Positions 12,159 through 24,269 of a stretch of 64,000 nucleotides of DNA are shown piece by piece. The first letter of the stretch is position 1. The number at the start of each line of letters is the position of its first letter. The notes under the pieces were generated by a model. The model searched no databases. It was not told the origin of the DNA and worked only from the letters and a program-made list of their open reading frames with translations. This stretch comes from Octopus sinensis (taxonomy: Eukaryota): NCBI RefSeq assembly GCF_006345805.1, contig NC_043002.1, forward strand, positions 119,598,001 through 119,662,000, in the 5' to 3' direction. A program made the translations under genes and the position numbers.

Positions 12159-12247
12159 TGTATAATATATATATATGTATATGTATATGTATATTATATA
12201 TATATATATATATATAATATATATACATATACATATATATATATATC

Positions 12248-12299
<52 letters not shown>

Positions 12300-12360
12300 A
12301 TTATATATATATATACACATAGATACATACATATATATATATACAGATACATATAATAAA
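11420..12360. repeat. TA-rich compound satellite with three ~200-bp higher-order units
   Basis: ATGTCTACATATATATATGCGTGTATTATAC recurs at about 11616, 11811 and 12008. Confidence 0.9.
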
Positions 12361-12590
12361 TATAGATGAGTATAGCGACATACTATAGCGACAATAGATT
12401 TCGGCAGTCTGTTTAACATATTATTGACAATAGTAGTTCTAGATAAGTATATAAGACAAAAAGCGGGTGGCGTTGCTATAGTGTGTTGTATTGAAAACAT
12501 ATTCAGCTCACTTGCTGTGATTATTAATAGTGTCCAACTGTGCGACTAGTTTTTTCTCTTTATACTACACTTTCTTCATTTATCTGTATG

Positions 12591-12630
<40 letters not shown>

Positions 12631-12787
12631 ATGTATTTACTAACAATTACATATAATACATACACACATGCAAAGATGTGTGAAATATATTTATACACAC
12701 TCGCGTAAAACGATTGTCTGCGCATATGTTTAGCTCTGCCATATCGAACACAACGAAATATGAACCGATTTTCTTTCATTCTCTTAT

Positions 12788-12880
12788 ACTTTTACTTGTT
12801 TCAGTCAGTTAGACTGCGGGCATTTAGTGACATCGCCTTGAGGAAATTTTGTCGAATGAATTGATCCCAGTACTTATTCC
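12788..12880 (-). mobile_element. SINE group A tail fragment
   Basis: TACTTTTACTTGTTTCAGTCAGTTAGACTGCGG..GAATTGATCCCAGTACTTATTC. Confidence 0.7.
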
Positions 12881-13156
12881 ACGATTCTTTTTGTCGAGGA
12901 GCTAAGGTACGATGCGCATAGATACACCAATACCGGTTGTAAAGTGGTGATTAGAGACAAAACACACACACACACACACACACACATACACACACACGCA
13001 CACGCGCGCACACATACACACATACACACATAAACAGTTCCCGTGTACCAAATCCACTCCATCGAGGTTTACCAGCATAACCGTAACCAGTAATATATAT
13101 ATATATGAATAAATAAAAGAATGGAGTCGAACGAAGATGTTAGCAAAATTCCTTTA

Positions 13157-13238
13157 CTCTCGACATATGTTTCGAAGACAACATGGTTTCATTCAAAAGG
13201 AATAAAGGGTGCAAGATGCAATCTTCTCATTAGGAAAG
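13157..13238 (-). ncRNA. Type I hammerhead with G5-to-A core substitution (predicted inactive)
   Basis: Reverse complement: CTTTC-CTAATGA-GAAGA..TCTTC-GAAAC-ATAT-GTC/GAGAG. Stems I-III are formable and only the core G5 is changed. Confidence 0.7.
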
Positions 13239-13515
13239 AAGGGGAACCTCTCTCAACAACAAGACAAACAAAAATTTCGATGACTGCCTACATGGTAAAC
13301 AAAACGATAATAAGTGTTTTAAAAAAAAGCCGTTAGTAGAACTGACGTCAAAGTTAGATAGTAGGAAGAGAAGGGTTAAAGGAATAATAGGTAGGGAACA
13401 AGTGGAGAGGGAAGGGTACGTTGATTAAAAGAATGTTCAAAGGCTTAGGAAAGAATTCTCTATTGAAGTGGAGTGCACGTTAAACTAATTGTTCAAACTA
13501 TAATGACTATCGAAA

Positions 13516-14373
13516 TCATTTATATGAGTAACAAGTATGTTTCTGCCAGTGTTTACATTTGTACGATTTCTCTATGAGTGTGTTTACAAGGGGAACCTTA
13601 GAGAAGAGGATATGGAAGAGTTCAGAGTTGCAAATATTACAAAATCTCCTGCCCTTATCAAAGGGAAAGGATACAGACAGTATGAACCAATCTAACTTGA
13701 AAATTATATTGTTGTCTTTAAGACGCCAAACTAATTTACTTAGACCTGTACTATGTCGTTTTTTACTATCCCTGAATGTTGAATAATGGTTTGGAATCCT
13801 CTTGGATAACTGGGAAGTGGACGCTCCTATATAGAAGAAGTCATCGGTACCGGAAGAAATTCTACACTGGTAAATAGAATTCTTAATCTTAGAATTACTA
13901 GACAAAAATTTAATTATGTTGAGGTTGTCCTCCGTGATCGAAACGAAGTTTTTATTGCTATGATTATTGTTACTATTATTATCAGCACCAACAACTACAC
14001 TATTCCTATTATTATTAGTATTATTAATGGTAATACAACCTATAATACCATCAACAATAATACCGTTATTGTTATTATCATTAACATTACCATTGTTATT
14101 AACACGACTAATACTATTATTGTTATTATTATCGTTGTTAACACTATCACTACTACCATTGCTATTACTATTAATACTATTCCTATTATTATGATTGTAT
14201 GATGGGTTGGAATTAGCAAGATTAATGCTGGAACTCCCGGGTGAAGAATCTTTATTTAGCAGCTTGGTATTGTGAGAAGATATAATTTGTGAAAGATTTC
14301 TAGTGTTAGAGAAAGCGATTCTAACTATGTTAAATATATTCTTTAAACATATAACACAATTATTCAGTAGTTT
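13516..14373 (-). mobile_element. PLE linker + GIY-YIG endonuclease, uninterrupted reading frame of ~285 codons (5'-truncated)
   Basis: IFNIVRIAFSNTRNLSQIISSHNTKLL, then an Asn/Ser-rich low-complexity linker, then NSIYQCRIS..FYIGAST..KRIPNH..LSKLVWRLK..CNICNSE..KCKH. No in-frame stop from 14373 to 13519. Confidence 0.88.
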
Positions 14374-15199
14374 TCACTCTACTTTGTGTTTTATACATCC
14401 AACTTTCTCTCTCTCACACACAGACACACACATATATACATACATGCGTTTGGAGGGATATATCATCTGGGCTTATTCCGTGGTGGCTCTAAGTTATGTT
14501 CCAGGTTATGGCTAACCGTATTAATCAGTATTTAACGTCTATGACTACTGTTAGTTGTCAATCACTCTGTACATTCCTCCGATGGGTAATTCCGTGTTCG
14601 TTTCACTGGATGGTAATATTGTCTGGAGTATATATCAGTAATTATTATAACGAAATAGAAACATAGAAATTTGTTCATCCGCAAAATTTATTTCTTCTTA
14701 TTTTACTATTATATAAAATATATTTTTATAGTCTTTATGACCTACACGTATTTCCACTGAACATATGACGTGTTGCAGATGCAACCTGGCACAATTTTCG
14801 GTGCAGCTTTTTCAGGGCCCATCTATTTGGCTACTTTCGAAACAAACTGAGTGCAGTTAGTTTTTTGTTAGGGCTCGGAGTGATGTGTGCGTGTGTATGC
14901 GCGCGTGTGTGTGTGGGTGTTTTGAAACTGAAATCTGATCCATTTGTGAGTTTGTGCGGTTGACCTCAAATTCACACCTGTTAATGTTCGAAGTCAGGGC
15001 TCGGGCTAATTAGGCCGAGATTGATCGCCGTGTTTATGCAGTGTTCTTTGTGCACTGTGGTAGTTGGGTATGTTGTAGCATTGTTTTCAAGTGCAGCTCT
15101 TTTAGTGTGATGTTGTAGTGTGTTGTTCATATATTTCTATCTTGGCTGTATTGTTTATGTTATGCGGTATTCATTGGAGATAGGACATACTAAGTTTGT

Positions 15200-15625
15200 A
15201 AAAAAGAGGGCTATGAATTTCTAGGATTTAGGATATGTTCTTCTATCCATCCTCTTACACTCAACTGTGGTTGGGACATTGATTATTCAGAACTTTCTTT
15301 AATTTTTTTTAAAGTCTTGTATTTGTGTTATCATCTTCAGGCCTGTTCAGGTCTGGTATTAAGTAACGTGTTTCTTGATGTAAAGATTTGGCAGAATTCT
15401 TCTACACGTAAGTCACTTTCCCCGGCCGATATGGTTTAGCTGCACTGATTGTTTCCCATTCTACAGTATAGCTATGTTTCCTGTTTTTAACTGACTAGAC
15501 TAGTTTGCTCAGGCTAATATTATTCGTCCTTTTTTCATCCTTAAAAGAATTTAAGTCCCACATGTCCGACTCGCCTTATCCACTAGCTGTAACCTAGCAC
15601 AGATAATAGCAGTGCACGATCAAAG
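15200..15625 (-). mobile_element. Decayed PLE GIY-YIG C-terminal fragment
   Basis: NISLSKLV*SVKNRKHSYTVEWETISAAKPY. Confidence 0.65.
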
Positions 15626-15632
15626 AAGACTA

Positions 15633-16039
15633 TCTTTCTTCATTCGGGCTTTATTCTTTTATTCTTCGGAAGTGGGATGATCCATGTATGTAGTGGAATA
15701 CCTATGCATGAGATTAAATATGTCTACATGTTTGTATATATATACACGCATATGTATCTGTTTGCATATATGCATGCATATTCATAAGTCGTGTAAGTTG
15801 AGTGGATTGGGTGTAGATGCATACATACATGTATGTGTAAGTATGTGCGTGTGCATGTATCTATACACGTCACAATGATATATTCATTTTTTTTACATGA
15901 AACCAACAATTTGTTTTATCATACAACTAGACACAAACACATACATATACAGAGAAATGCACACACAGATACCAATACATATGTACTTTTATGGATAAGA
16001 TGCTCAACAATAAAAGAATAAAGCCCGAATGAAGAAAGA
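15633..16039. repeat. Perfect 31-bp inverted repeat (15633-15663 / 16009-16039)
   Basis: TCTTTCTTCATTCGGGCTTTATTCTTTTATT and its exact reverse complement. Confidence 0.95.
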
Positions 16040-16216
16040 CTAAAGCAAGATCTATTATATTATTCACATTTTCCAACTCATTACAATAAACAAATACGTA
16101 GTTATACATATGCATGCACACATATATACGTACATACATATATATGTACACACATATATATATGTGCGTATGTATGTGTGTATATGTATATATATATGTA
16201 TATGCATATATGTATG

Positions 16217-16242
<26 letters not shown>

Positions 16243-16247
<5 letters not shown>

Positions 16248-16346
16248 CGCATGTAGTATGGTGCACATACATACAAACACATATACATATCAAGAAGCGC
16301 ATGCATATATCTGAGCAGAGTATCAAATCATACAGACTCTCCATGC

Positions 16347-16388
<42 letters not shown>

Positions 16389-16482
16389 GTAGTATGGCGC
16401 ACATACATGCAAACGCATATACATATCAACAAGCGCATGCATATATCTGAACAGAGTATCAAATCATACAGACTCTCCATGC
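16243..16482. repeat. Direct duplication of ~100 bp separated by (TA)n
   Basis: CATGTAGTATGG..CATATCAA..GCGCATGCATATATCTGA(G/A)CAGAGTATCAAATCATACAGACTCTCCATGC occurs twice. Confidence 0.9.
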
Positions 16483-16855
16483 AAGCAATGATTTGAATGA
16501 TGATTCTATCTACATATGTAAGAAGACGCCGTCACCGACCAATTCTTCCCAGTTTACAAGTTTATTAAAATTCACGACACTCTGTTACTTTGTTAGCTCA
16601 GCTGATTAGTTAAGTTGGAAAACATCCATAAACTTGCTTCCTTCAATTCTTGGGAATCGAGTGCAAAATGAAAGCAGATATTAGTTGGAAGACTACATAT
16701 AAATCTTTTGACTGGTTGTCTTTCAAGGTAATATGAACTGCCAAGCTAAGTAGATTCAAACATTGTTAGTGGACGTGATTAACGATAGATATACACACAA
16801 AACTTACTCTGTACCGTCTCTCATCACTTACTCTACTACTACTTCCTACTACTTC

Positions 16856-16889
<34 letters not shown>

Positions 16890-17374
16890 AGAATAGGAAG
16901 TCGTAGTACTAATATTCCTTCCTATTCTTTCTAGGTTCTTTCTTCTTGTTCTTCCCAATTAGGGTGTAGAGAACATCGCTAATTTATTTTGATGGCGGCA
17001 TAAAAGTGAAATCTATTGATTTTAGAAGCCAACAAGGCCTTAACAGAAATCAAACGAAGGTTTACGAAAGAATTTCCGGGTCATTTTTCTTAAGCGAGCC
17101 ATTGAATAGTTATGCTATTTTTACTTTCTCTTTGGCTTTTTTCAGAATGTCCTGAACTTAGACTAATTGTCATCAAGTAATAAACAGACCACATTGGTGA
17201 ATTTCATCATAGATATGTTCGTTATTGCAATTCCTGTCATCGCTTCATTAGTTATGAGGAGTAGACCAATAGTAATCAGAGTTTTTTTATCGTCTTTGAT
17301 TTACAATAACAAAAAAAAGCAAAATAAAGAAGTATATTTCTTTGCAGTGATGAATATGTGTGTGTGTTTGTAAC

Positions 17375-17745
17375 CAGGTGGGCAGACTGGGCTTCGTTAG
17401 CCTTGGTTGGCAGCCATTCTAGGAGAAGGAAACTCTGACTCCAAACCCTCGCTCCGCTGCCTGCGGATGCTCTTGGGAGAGGGAAGGCCTATGAGAGTAA
17501 ACCCAGACAGAAAATCGGAGGGAGCTCCGAAGGCGGTAGGGTGTCGAATCTCGCCCTTTCCGGCAACTCCTGCAGCCAACCAGACTCCAAACGTACTGCA
17601 CTGTATTCCTTTGGATTATGTCTGGGGGGCCGAGAGGGAGATTCTGGTGTCTGGGCAGCCCAGTGTCTTCGTTTCTACCGCCCAGGCTTGCGCCATGGAG
17701 AAACTACTCCATCGAGATAGTGGTTGTATACTGTCAACTTAACGT
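17375..17745 (+). mobile_element. GC-rich RTE-type LINE 5' UTR fragment
   Basis: TTGGTTGGCAGCCATTCTAGGAGAAGGAAACTCTGACTCCAAACC resembles RTE 5' UTR motifs from memory; no ORF2 follows. Confidence 0.5.
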
Positions 17746-17787
17746 GACAGTAGGGGGGGGAATTACACACATATATATATACATATA

Positions 17788-17829
<42 letters not shown>

Positions 17830-19019
17830 CACATATATATATATATATATATATACATGCATATATGTAAACAAACACATACACAAACACACACACTCGC
17901 ACACACACACTCACTCACGCACTCACACAAAAATATGTGAATGTATGCATGTAAGAATTTGCTCAATATATCTACGTTTTGCGTTCTGAAAGATATGCTG
18001 GGAAAAACAGAAGGAAAAAGAAAAAAAAACAGAAACACTTCTTCTTAAGAATAGAGAAAGTTTCTTTTGACCAGGTATTGACTAGAAAGAGGTCCTATAT
18101 ATTCACCGTACCGGAAATAACACGTATTTCCGTTGTGTGATCTGGATTAACTTTTGCGACTATTGATGTTTCTTATTGGCCTAAAATTCTGACCTTGGCT
18201 ATCAACTTTCTCGTGAGGGAAGAAATATTTACATTGGAATGATTTATCTCTTGTGATCAGTGTTTTAAAATATATCTACAACATAATGTCCTCTAATATT
18301 CTAAGATCGTCTGTATTAATGTAAGAATTAGCAATGTATCTATTTACATGTATCTACTTATAGCTTTTCTTTTACAATAATAGTTAAAACCAAAGTCTTG
18401 CGTTTAAATCGTTGGTTAAAATTAACACCAGAATTATGACGTATTGTATCGGCTCGGTATCCAATTATATATTTTGTAAGGCTTGACAAGACAAGCATTT
18501 GCGTATGTTTAATAAACTCATAGAAAAGAAAGTAGATTCAAATGTTTCGGTTGTACGTAATCCTTGAATATAGGATTTACAAAGCTCATTGTGCAGCCAG
18601 TATTTGGCGAGGTCTCCTCAGTGAATATTCTTGCTGGAATCTACTTGAAGTCATTTGTTACAGTCGCACTAGCGTAGGAGAGTCTGAAAAGTCAGAGACA
18701 CTTCTGTATTTCCCCTAACAAATATATGTGACTTATTAATCGCTATCTCCCGTCCGTTATGTTTACTAATGATGTATATCTGGCTTTTCTTATTTCTTCT
18801 TCGACCATTGAGATTCTGATAGGAGTACTATTTTATGGAGACTATTCTGTAGATCAGTTTCAAGGTTTCACAAAAACTGTAAGTCTCGCATAGAGCTTGA
18901 TGTCGAAGTATCAATTCACACGTCATTTATCACATCACGATAGCAAATGCATCTAGTGAGGTTCATAGACGCGATGATATGAAAAGCAGATATCATATAG
19001 TCAATTTTTTAAAGTGGTG

Positions 19020-19200
19020 CTGTTCAGTCTTGATTGTGTGGAACTATGATAAAAAAAGCGTTCTCATCATGACCATCCTATCATTTTCTGTAAATCAAGA
19101 ATTATATTCCACAATATGTGCTCCTTAATTTAAAGCGATTGTGTAATTTGAGGAGAATTTAGCAGCTATTTCTAGGAGGCGAATCCCTCGTTCAATGAGT
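19020..19200 (-). mobile_element. RTE 3' UTR / RTE-related SINE tail remnant
   Basis: Reverse complement CTAGAAATAGCTGCTAAATTCTCCTCAAATTACAC resembles 38385-38425 and 2140-2165. Confidence 0.55.
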
Positions 19201-20055
19201 GAAATAAGTAAAAGTTTTAGCTATGGTTAGATATTATTCCTTTTGATGTAAGATGTGAGGGTATCTGCGTGTATGAATATGCACTTGTATGTGTACGCAT
19301 TTTCTGTGTGCGTGGGCATGTGTTCATGTACACGATACGTATAAGCGTTCCTATGCTATTGTCTATTCCAATGGTAATATACGAAAATTGTCCAGAATTC
19401 TATAAACATATGGCTTTCATTACGAGTATTTCTGGGATTCTGGAGAATAATAGGTTTCTCTCTAATAACGTTGAATCAACTTAGAAATTCATCAGGCGTA
19501 GAAAATATGAAATTAATTCAGAAGAGAATAAGACAATCATTTAACGAAAACTAAAACGAATTTCTATAGATAGTGGATGAACAAACCTCTTACAAAATGA
19601 AAGCAAAATTTCTACGCGTTAACAAATGAACGAGATCATTCGAAGGGAAAGATAGACGGAGAGGAATGGATGTGATGGCTCTTTGAATTGGTTAAGACTG
19701 TATCATTTCAAAGTTGGACTACAGCCATCATGCAGTAGCGTGTATTTACTATATTGCTACAGTAATGAAAATGCGTTCTTAACTACTTTCTTTTTACTGC
19801 ATGGTAAATTTATACTCGGCATTTCAAAAGTTTTATGATGTTGCTGCCTATGTTTCAGATTTGGTAATGATTTACAGCATTAACACCATTCTGTCTAAAT
19901 ATATTATATTGCAATGTGATTAGCATATTCAGTTGGTTGCGATTCTGTACTATCCATCCATCATCCAACCATCCATCCATACACACATACATACGCGCAT
20001 ACATATATTCTATATGTGTGTGTATGTACGTATATATACTTATGTATATATGCAC

Positions 20056-20087
<32 letters not shown>

Positions 20088-20101
20088 ATACGCACACACA
20101 T

Positions 20102-20141
<40 letters not shown>

Positions 20142-20298
20142 TACAGTGGTTTCTTTCAGCCTCCTTCTACCAAATTCACTCATTAGGCTTTGGTTAACCC
20201 GGAATTATAGAAGAAGACAACTGACCAAAGTGCCATGCAGTGGGACTGAACTCTGAACAATGTGGTTGGGAAGCAAAATTCTTACCACAGAAGTGCGC
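20142..20298 (-). mobile_element. SINE group A head fragment
   Basis: CAAATTCACTCAT..AGAAGACAACTGACCAAAGTGCCATGCAGTGGGACTGAAC. Confidence 0.8.
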
Positions 20299-20371
20299 CT
20301 ACGTCTATATAACTGCACGACATGAACGACCCTTCATTGCATTGAAACCTCGTCCGACACGCAATACACAC

Positions 20372-20403
<32 letters not shown>

Positions 20404-20533
20404 TGTATGTATGTATGTATTATGTATGTATGTATGTATATATTGTATGTATATATATATATTTATATATATTATATATATAATATATGTATGATATATA
20501 TATGTGTATGTATATATATATATATATATATAA

Positions 20534-20570
<37 letters not shown>

Positions 20571-20588
20571 ATATATATATGTATATAT

Positions 20589-20882
20589 GGAGGCGCAATG
20601 CCCAGTCGTTAGGGCAGGAGGACTCGTGGTCGGAGGATCGCGGTTTCGATTCCCAGACCGGGCGTTGTGTGTGTTTATTGAACGAAAGCACCTAAAAGCT
20701 CCATGAGACTCCGGCAGGGGGTGTGGTGGCGACCCTTGTTGTATTCTTTCGCTACAACTTTCTCTCACTCTCTCTTCCTGTTTCTTGAGTAACGCCTCGA
20801 TGGACTGGCGTCCCGTCCAGCTGGGGGGAACACATACCGGGAAACTGGGCCCATGAGCCTGGCTAGGCTTGAAAAGGGCGAC
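20589..20882 (+). mobile_element. SINE group C head with V-domain-like tail
   Basis: Head shared with 22375; tail CCTCGATGGACTGGCGTCCCGTCCAG resembles the V-SINE core. Confidence 0.75.
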
Positions 20883-20904
20883 GTTTTATATATATATATA
20901 TATT

Positions 20905-21222
20905 TCTTTATTATCCACAAGGGGCTAAACACAGAGAGGACAAACAAGGACAGACAAAGGGATTAAGTCGATTACATCGACCCCAGTGCGTAACTGGTAC
21001 TTATTTAATCGACCCCGAAAGGATGAAAGGAAAAGTCGACCTCGGCGGAATTTGAACTCAGAATGTAACGGCAGACGAAATACCTATTCTTTACTACCCA
21101 CAAGGGGCTAAAACAGAGAGAACAACAAAGGACAGGACAAAGGGATTAAGTCGATTACATCGACCCCAGTGCGTAACTGGTACTTATTTAATCGACCCCG
21201 AAGGATGAAGGCAAAGTCGACC
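20905..21222 (-). mobile_element. Two tandem partial SINE group B copies
   Basis: CCACAAGGGGCTAAAC..GATTACATCGACCCCAGTGCGTAACTGGTACTTATTTAATCGACCCCG occurs twice. Confidence 0.85.
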
Positions 21223-21501
21223 CGGTCGTTGTGTGCAGGTGTGTGAGTATGTATATATGTACATGTATATGCACATGTGTATGGTTGTGTATATACGTAG
21301 GTGTACATGCGAGAGTTCCACGCGAGTGTAAGTCAGCATATGCATATATAGTATGTAGGTATTTTGAATATAACTATGCGCGTATAGGTAGGATCACGTG
21401 TGTGTGCAGATATACATATGTACGGTTATATATATATATGTACATGTGTATGTACATGTGTATGCGTTTGTGCATGTGTGTGTTCACTTGCTTCAGCTTT
21501 A

Positions 21502-21903
21502 TCTATATATATAAAAGTGAGGTTGTGTGTCTGTCTGTCTCCTACGGTTTAGATTCCTAACTACTCCCACATTTTGCGGTGCAGTTTAACCAAAAGCGGG
21601 TATCCTATAGTCGTGATTCATATCGAGCCCTTCTGGGTATTAGCGCGCGTCTACGATGAGTCTACGATTTCTAAAAAAAATTATCATAATTTTTTTCAAT
21701 TTAATGCATTTTTTCGCTATTATATAAGGGAAGTAATTCTCTAAAAATGTCTACGAAGAGTCAACGATTTAAAAAAAAATTTACCATCATTTGTTTTCCA
21801 TTTTTAATGCATTTTTTTTGCTATTTTTTGGCTATAACTCTCTAAAAATGCTTATATAATTATTTCCCTTACAAACCCGAGCAACGCCGGGTTATACTGC
21901 TAG
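21502..21903 (+). mobile_element. Non-autonomous Helitron family H1
   Basis: 5' TC(TATATATATAAA), 3' hairpin CCCGAGCAACGCCGGG then CTAG, inserted between A and T with no TSD; four copies in the window. Confidence 0.8.
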
Positions 21904-21906
21904 TTT

Positions 21907-21937
<31 letters not shown>

Positions 21938-22259
21938 TTTGAAGGTTGAAAAGGAACACACGAATTGATATAAGCCATAACTAATCACAACAGAATATAC
22001 AAAAAATTAAATTAACTGAAAAAAAACAACAAATACACTAAAAAAGGTTTAACCAATGAATAAGAGTTGAATAAAATCAAATGTCTGCTAATGGACACTC
22101 TAATATGGTAAAAGGTAAACGCGTTGTTCAAAGACATACAGGGGATCGGTATGTTGACTCAGGTCATCATGGTTAAGGAAACAGAATTAAGGGAGTGGCA
22201 GTTGCATGTTGATCATAAAAGATATGTTGAAGAATAATAATGATAATGCATAATGCAGT

Positions 22260-22878
22260 GTATACTCTATTTATAAGCAGCGAAGCTATAGCAGAGGCTT
22301 AAGGTTTTAGAGAAGCGTGCCAAATCATTTTTCAAACTATAGAGAACCTACATCAAACCTATATATAGCAAAGTGGAGGCGCAATGGCCCAGTGGTTAGG
22401 GCAGCGGACTCGCGGTCATAGGATCGTGGTTTCGATTCCCAGACCGGGCGTTGTGAGTGTTTATTGAACGAAAACTCCTAAAAAAAGTTCCACGAGGCTC
22501 CGGCAGGGGATGGTGGTGATCCCTGCTGTACTCTTTCACCACAACTTTCTCTCACTCTTACTTCCTGTTTCTGTTGTACCTGTATTTCAAGGGGCCGGCC
22601 TTGTCACATTCTGTGTCACGCTGAATATCCCCGAGAACTACGTTAAGGGTGCACGTGTCTGTGGAGTGCTCAGCCACTTACACGTTAATTTCACGAGCAG
22701 GCTGTTCCGTTGATTCGGATCAACCGGAACCCTCATCGTCGTAACCGACGGAGTGCTTCCTAAGTATACTATATTTATAAGCAGCGAAGCTATAACAGAG
22801 ACTTAAGGTTTTAGAGAAGCGTGCCAAATCATTTTTCACCCTATAGAGAACCTACATCAAACCTATTTATAGCAAAGT
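22260..22878. repeat. 115-bp direct repeats flanking the SINE (22260-22374 and 22764-22878)
   Basis: Manual alignment shows 6 mismatches in 115 bp and no indels. Confidence 0.92.
22375..22760 (+). mobile_element. tRNA-derived SINE group C, full length
   Basis: A box TGGCCCAGTGG, B box GGTTTCGATTCC; ends GTAACCGACGGAGTGCTTCC; homologous to 51524-51899. Confidence 0.9.
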
Positions 22879-23322
22879 ACTGAATATGCTAAAAACTTCG
22901 ATATCTCCTTTGGAAAAAGAAAACCGTTAATATCACGTGATAATCCAGATTTTCAGAATGAATGATTTTAACTTATATTTACATTTTTTATGATTTTCTA
23001 ATCTTTCATATTTTTATATTTTTCATATTTTTGCTCATTTTTTTGTGTTATCTGTTTTTTTTTTAGTTTACATATTTTTTTTATACGTTATGCTTTGAAT
23101 TCAAGGTACAGCAGTTTAGTCTCTTACAGGTGTGTCTGTACATGCATGCCATAATATGTGTGAATTTGTACATGCACTTTTATAAATATTTGCATACGTA
23201 TGTTTATAACCTATATGTAAATAAATATACATTTGTGCATATATATAGAGAGATAGATATAGATATATGTATATACATAAACACACACACACGTATATAT
23301 ATATATACATATACATATAAAT

Positions 23323-23353
<31 letters not shown>

Positions 23354-23424
23354 GAAGAGATGATAGATAGATATATATACATATATACATATACATACAC
23401 ATACGCATATATATATATCTGTAT

Positions 23425-23456
<32 letters not shown>

Positions 23457-23503
23457 TATATAGGTATATATATATTTGTATATATATGTTTATATATATG
23501 TAT

Positions 23504-23548
<45 letters not shown>

Positions 23549-24224
23549 AAGGTTTTTGTATAAATGTGATTATGCATATATACGCATATGAATACTTTAT
23601 AGCATTACCATGTATGTGTGGTATGTACTGTAATGAGTTTGTTTCAGATTATGGGTATGCATATATCGCTGTGTACATGCACAGTTAAATACGTATGTAT
23701 TTTAAGTAAACACGCACACATATTCACACATACCTTTTTGTAAGCTTTGGTTTTTAGCCTTCTCTGTATGCATTTATACGTTATCCCCACAAATGGCTGC
23801 TAATATTTAATTACGTGCGCTCTAATCTCTATCTGTAATTGCTTTTATGTATGTGCTTACTGGATCTTTTGTGTTCGTAAGAATATAGTTGTGTAATTTT
23901 ATCCCTCTAATAGTGCGCATGTTTTTGTTAGAAGTAGTTTTTATTTTCGAATTATGCTAGGGTACTGAGAAAGACATAACTCACCTGGAAACCGAGATTT
24001 CAACCAAAGTTATCCCTCTCTTTATATGTTTGTACACACACACGCACACACACACACGCACACACACACACACACTCACACACTCACACAACACACACTT
24101 ACACATAAATGAATCGATCGACTTTGTTGGGGATGGTCATGTTGCCAGTTTAGCCAATGAAAACACACGCACTATATATTTGGTGTTCACTTGCTTCAGC
24201 TGTATTTTATATTAATTGTATTTC

Positions 24225-24269
24225 GGCCAGAGTTCTTTCGTCACACTTCTGTGACTTCATCAGTGGTCC
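24225..24269 (-). ncRNA. Minimal type I hammerhead ribozyme (same family as 840-884)
   Basis: Reverse complement: GGACCA-CTGATGA-A-GTCAC(AGAAGT)GTGAC-GAAA-GAACTC/TGGCC. Confidence 0.75.

Noticed and set aside
9960-12369. Long ORFs (up to 292 aa) of HTYI/YVCM/IYIY repeats, and similar ORFs throughout the window
   Set aside because: They are translations of (TATG)n, (TA)n, (CA)n and (TCTA)n microsatellites, which lack stop codons by composition.
17146-17190. Pyrimidine-rich acceptor and short exon
   Set aside because: It sits in sequence that appears to be decayed retroelement, and its frames close quickly.
18100-18800. Possible PLE remnant on the minus strand
   Set aside because: Only vague motifs (RKCLSC, NFRPI); too degenerate to support a call.
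22375-22450. SINE heads as tRNA genes
   Set aside because: A/B boxes are present, but no complete cloverleaf forms and each head continues into a SINE body.
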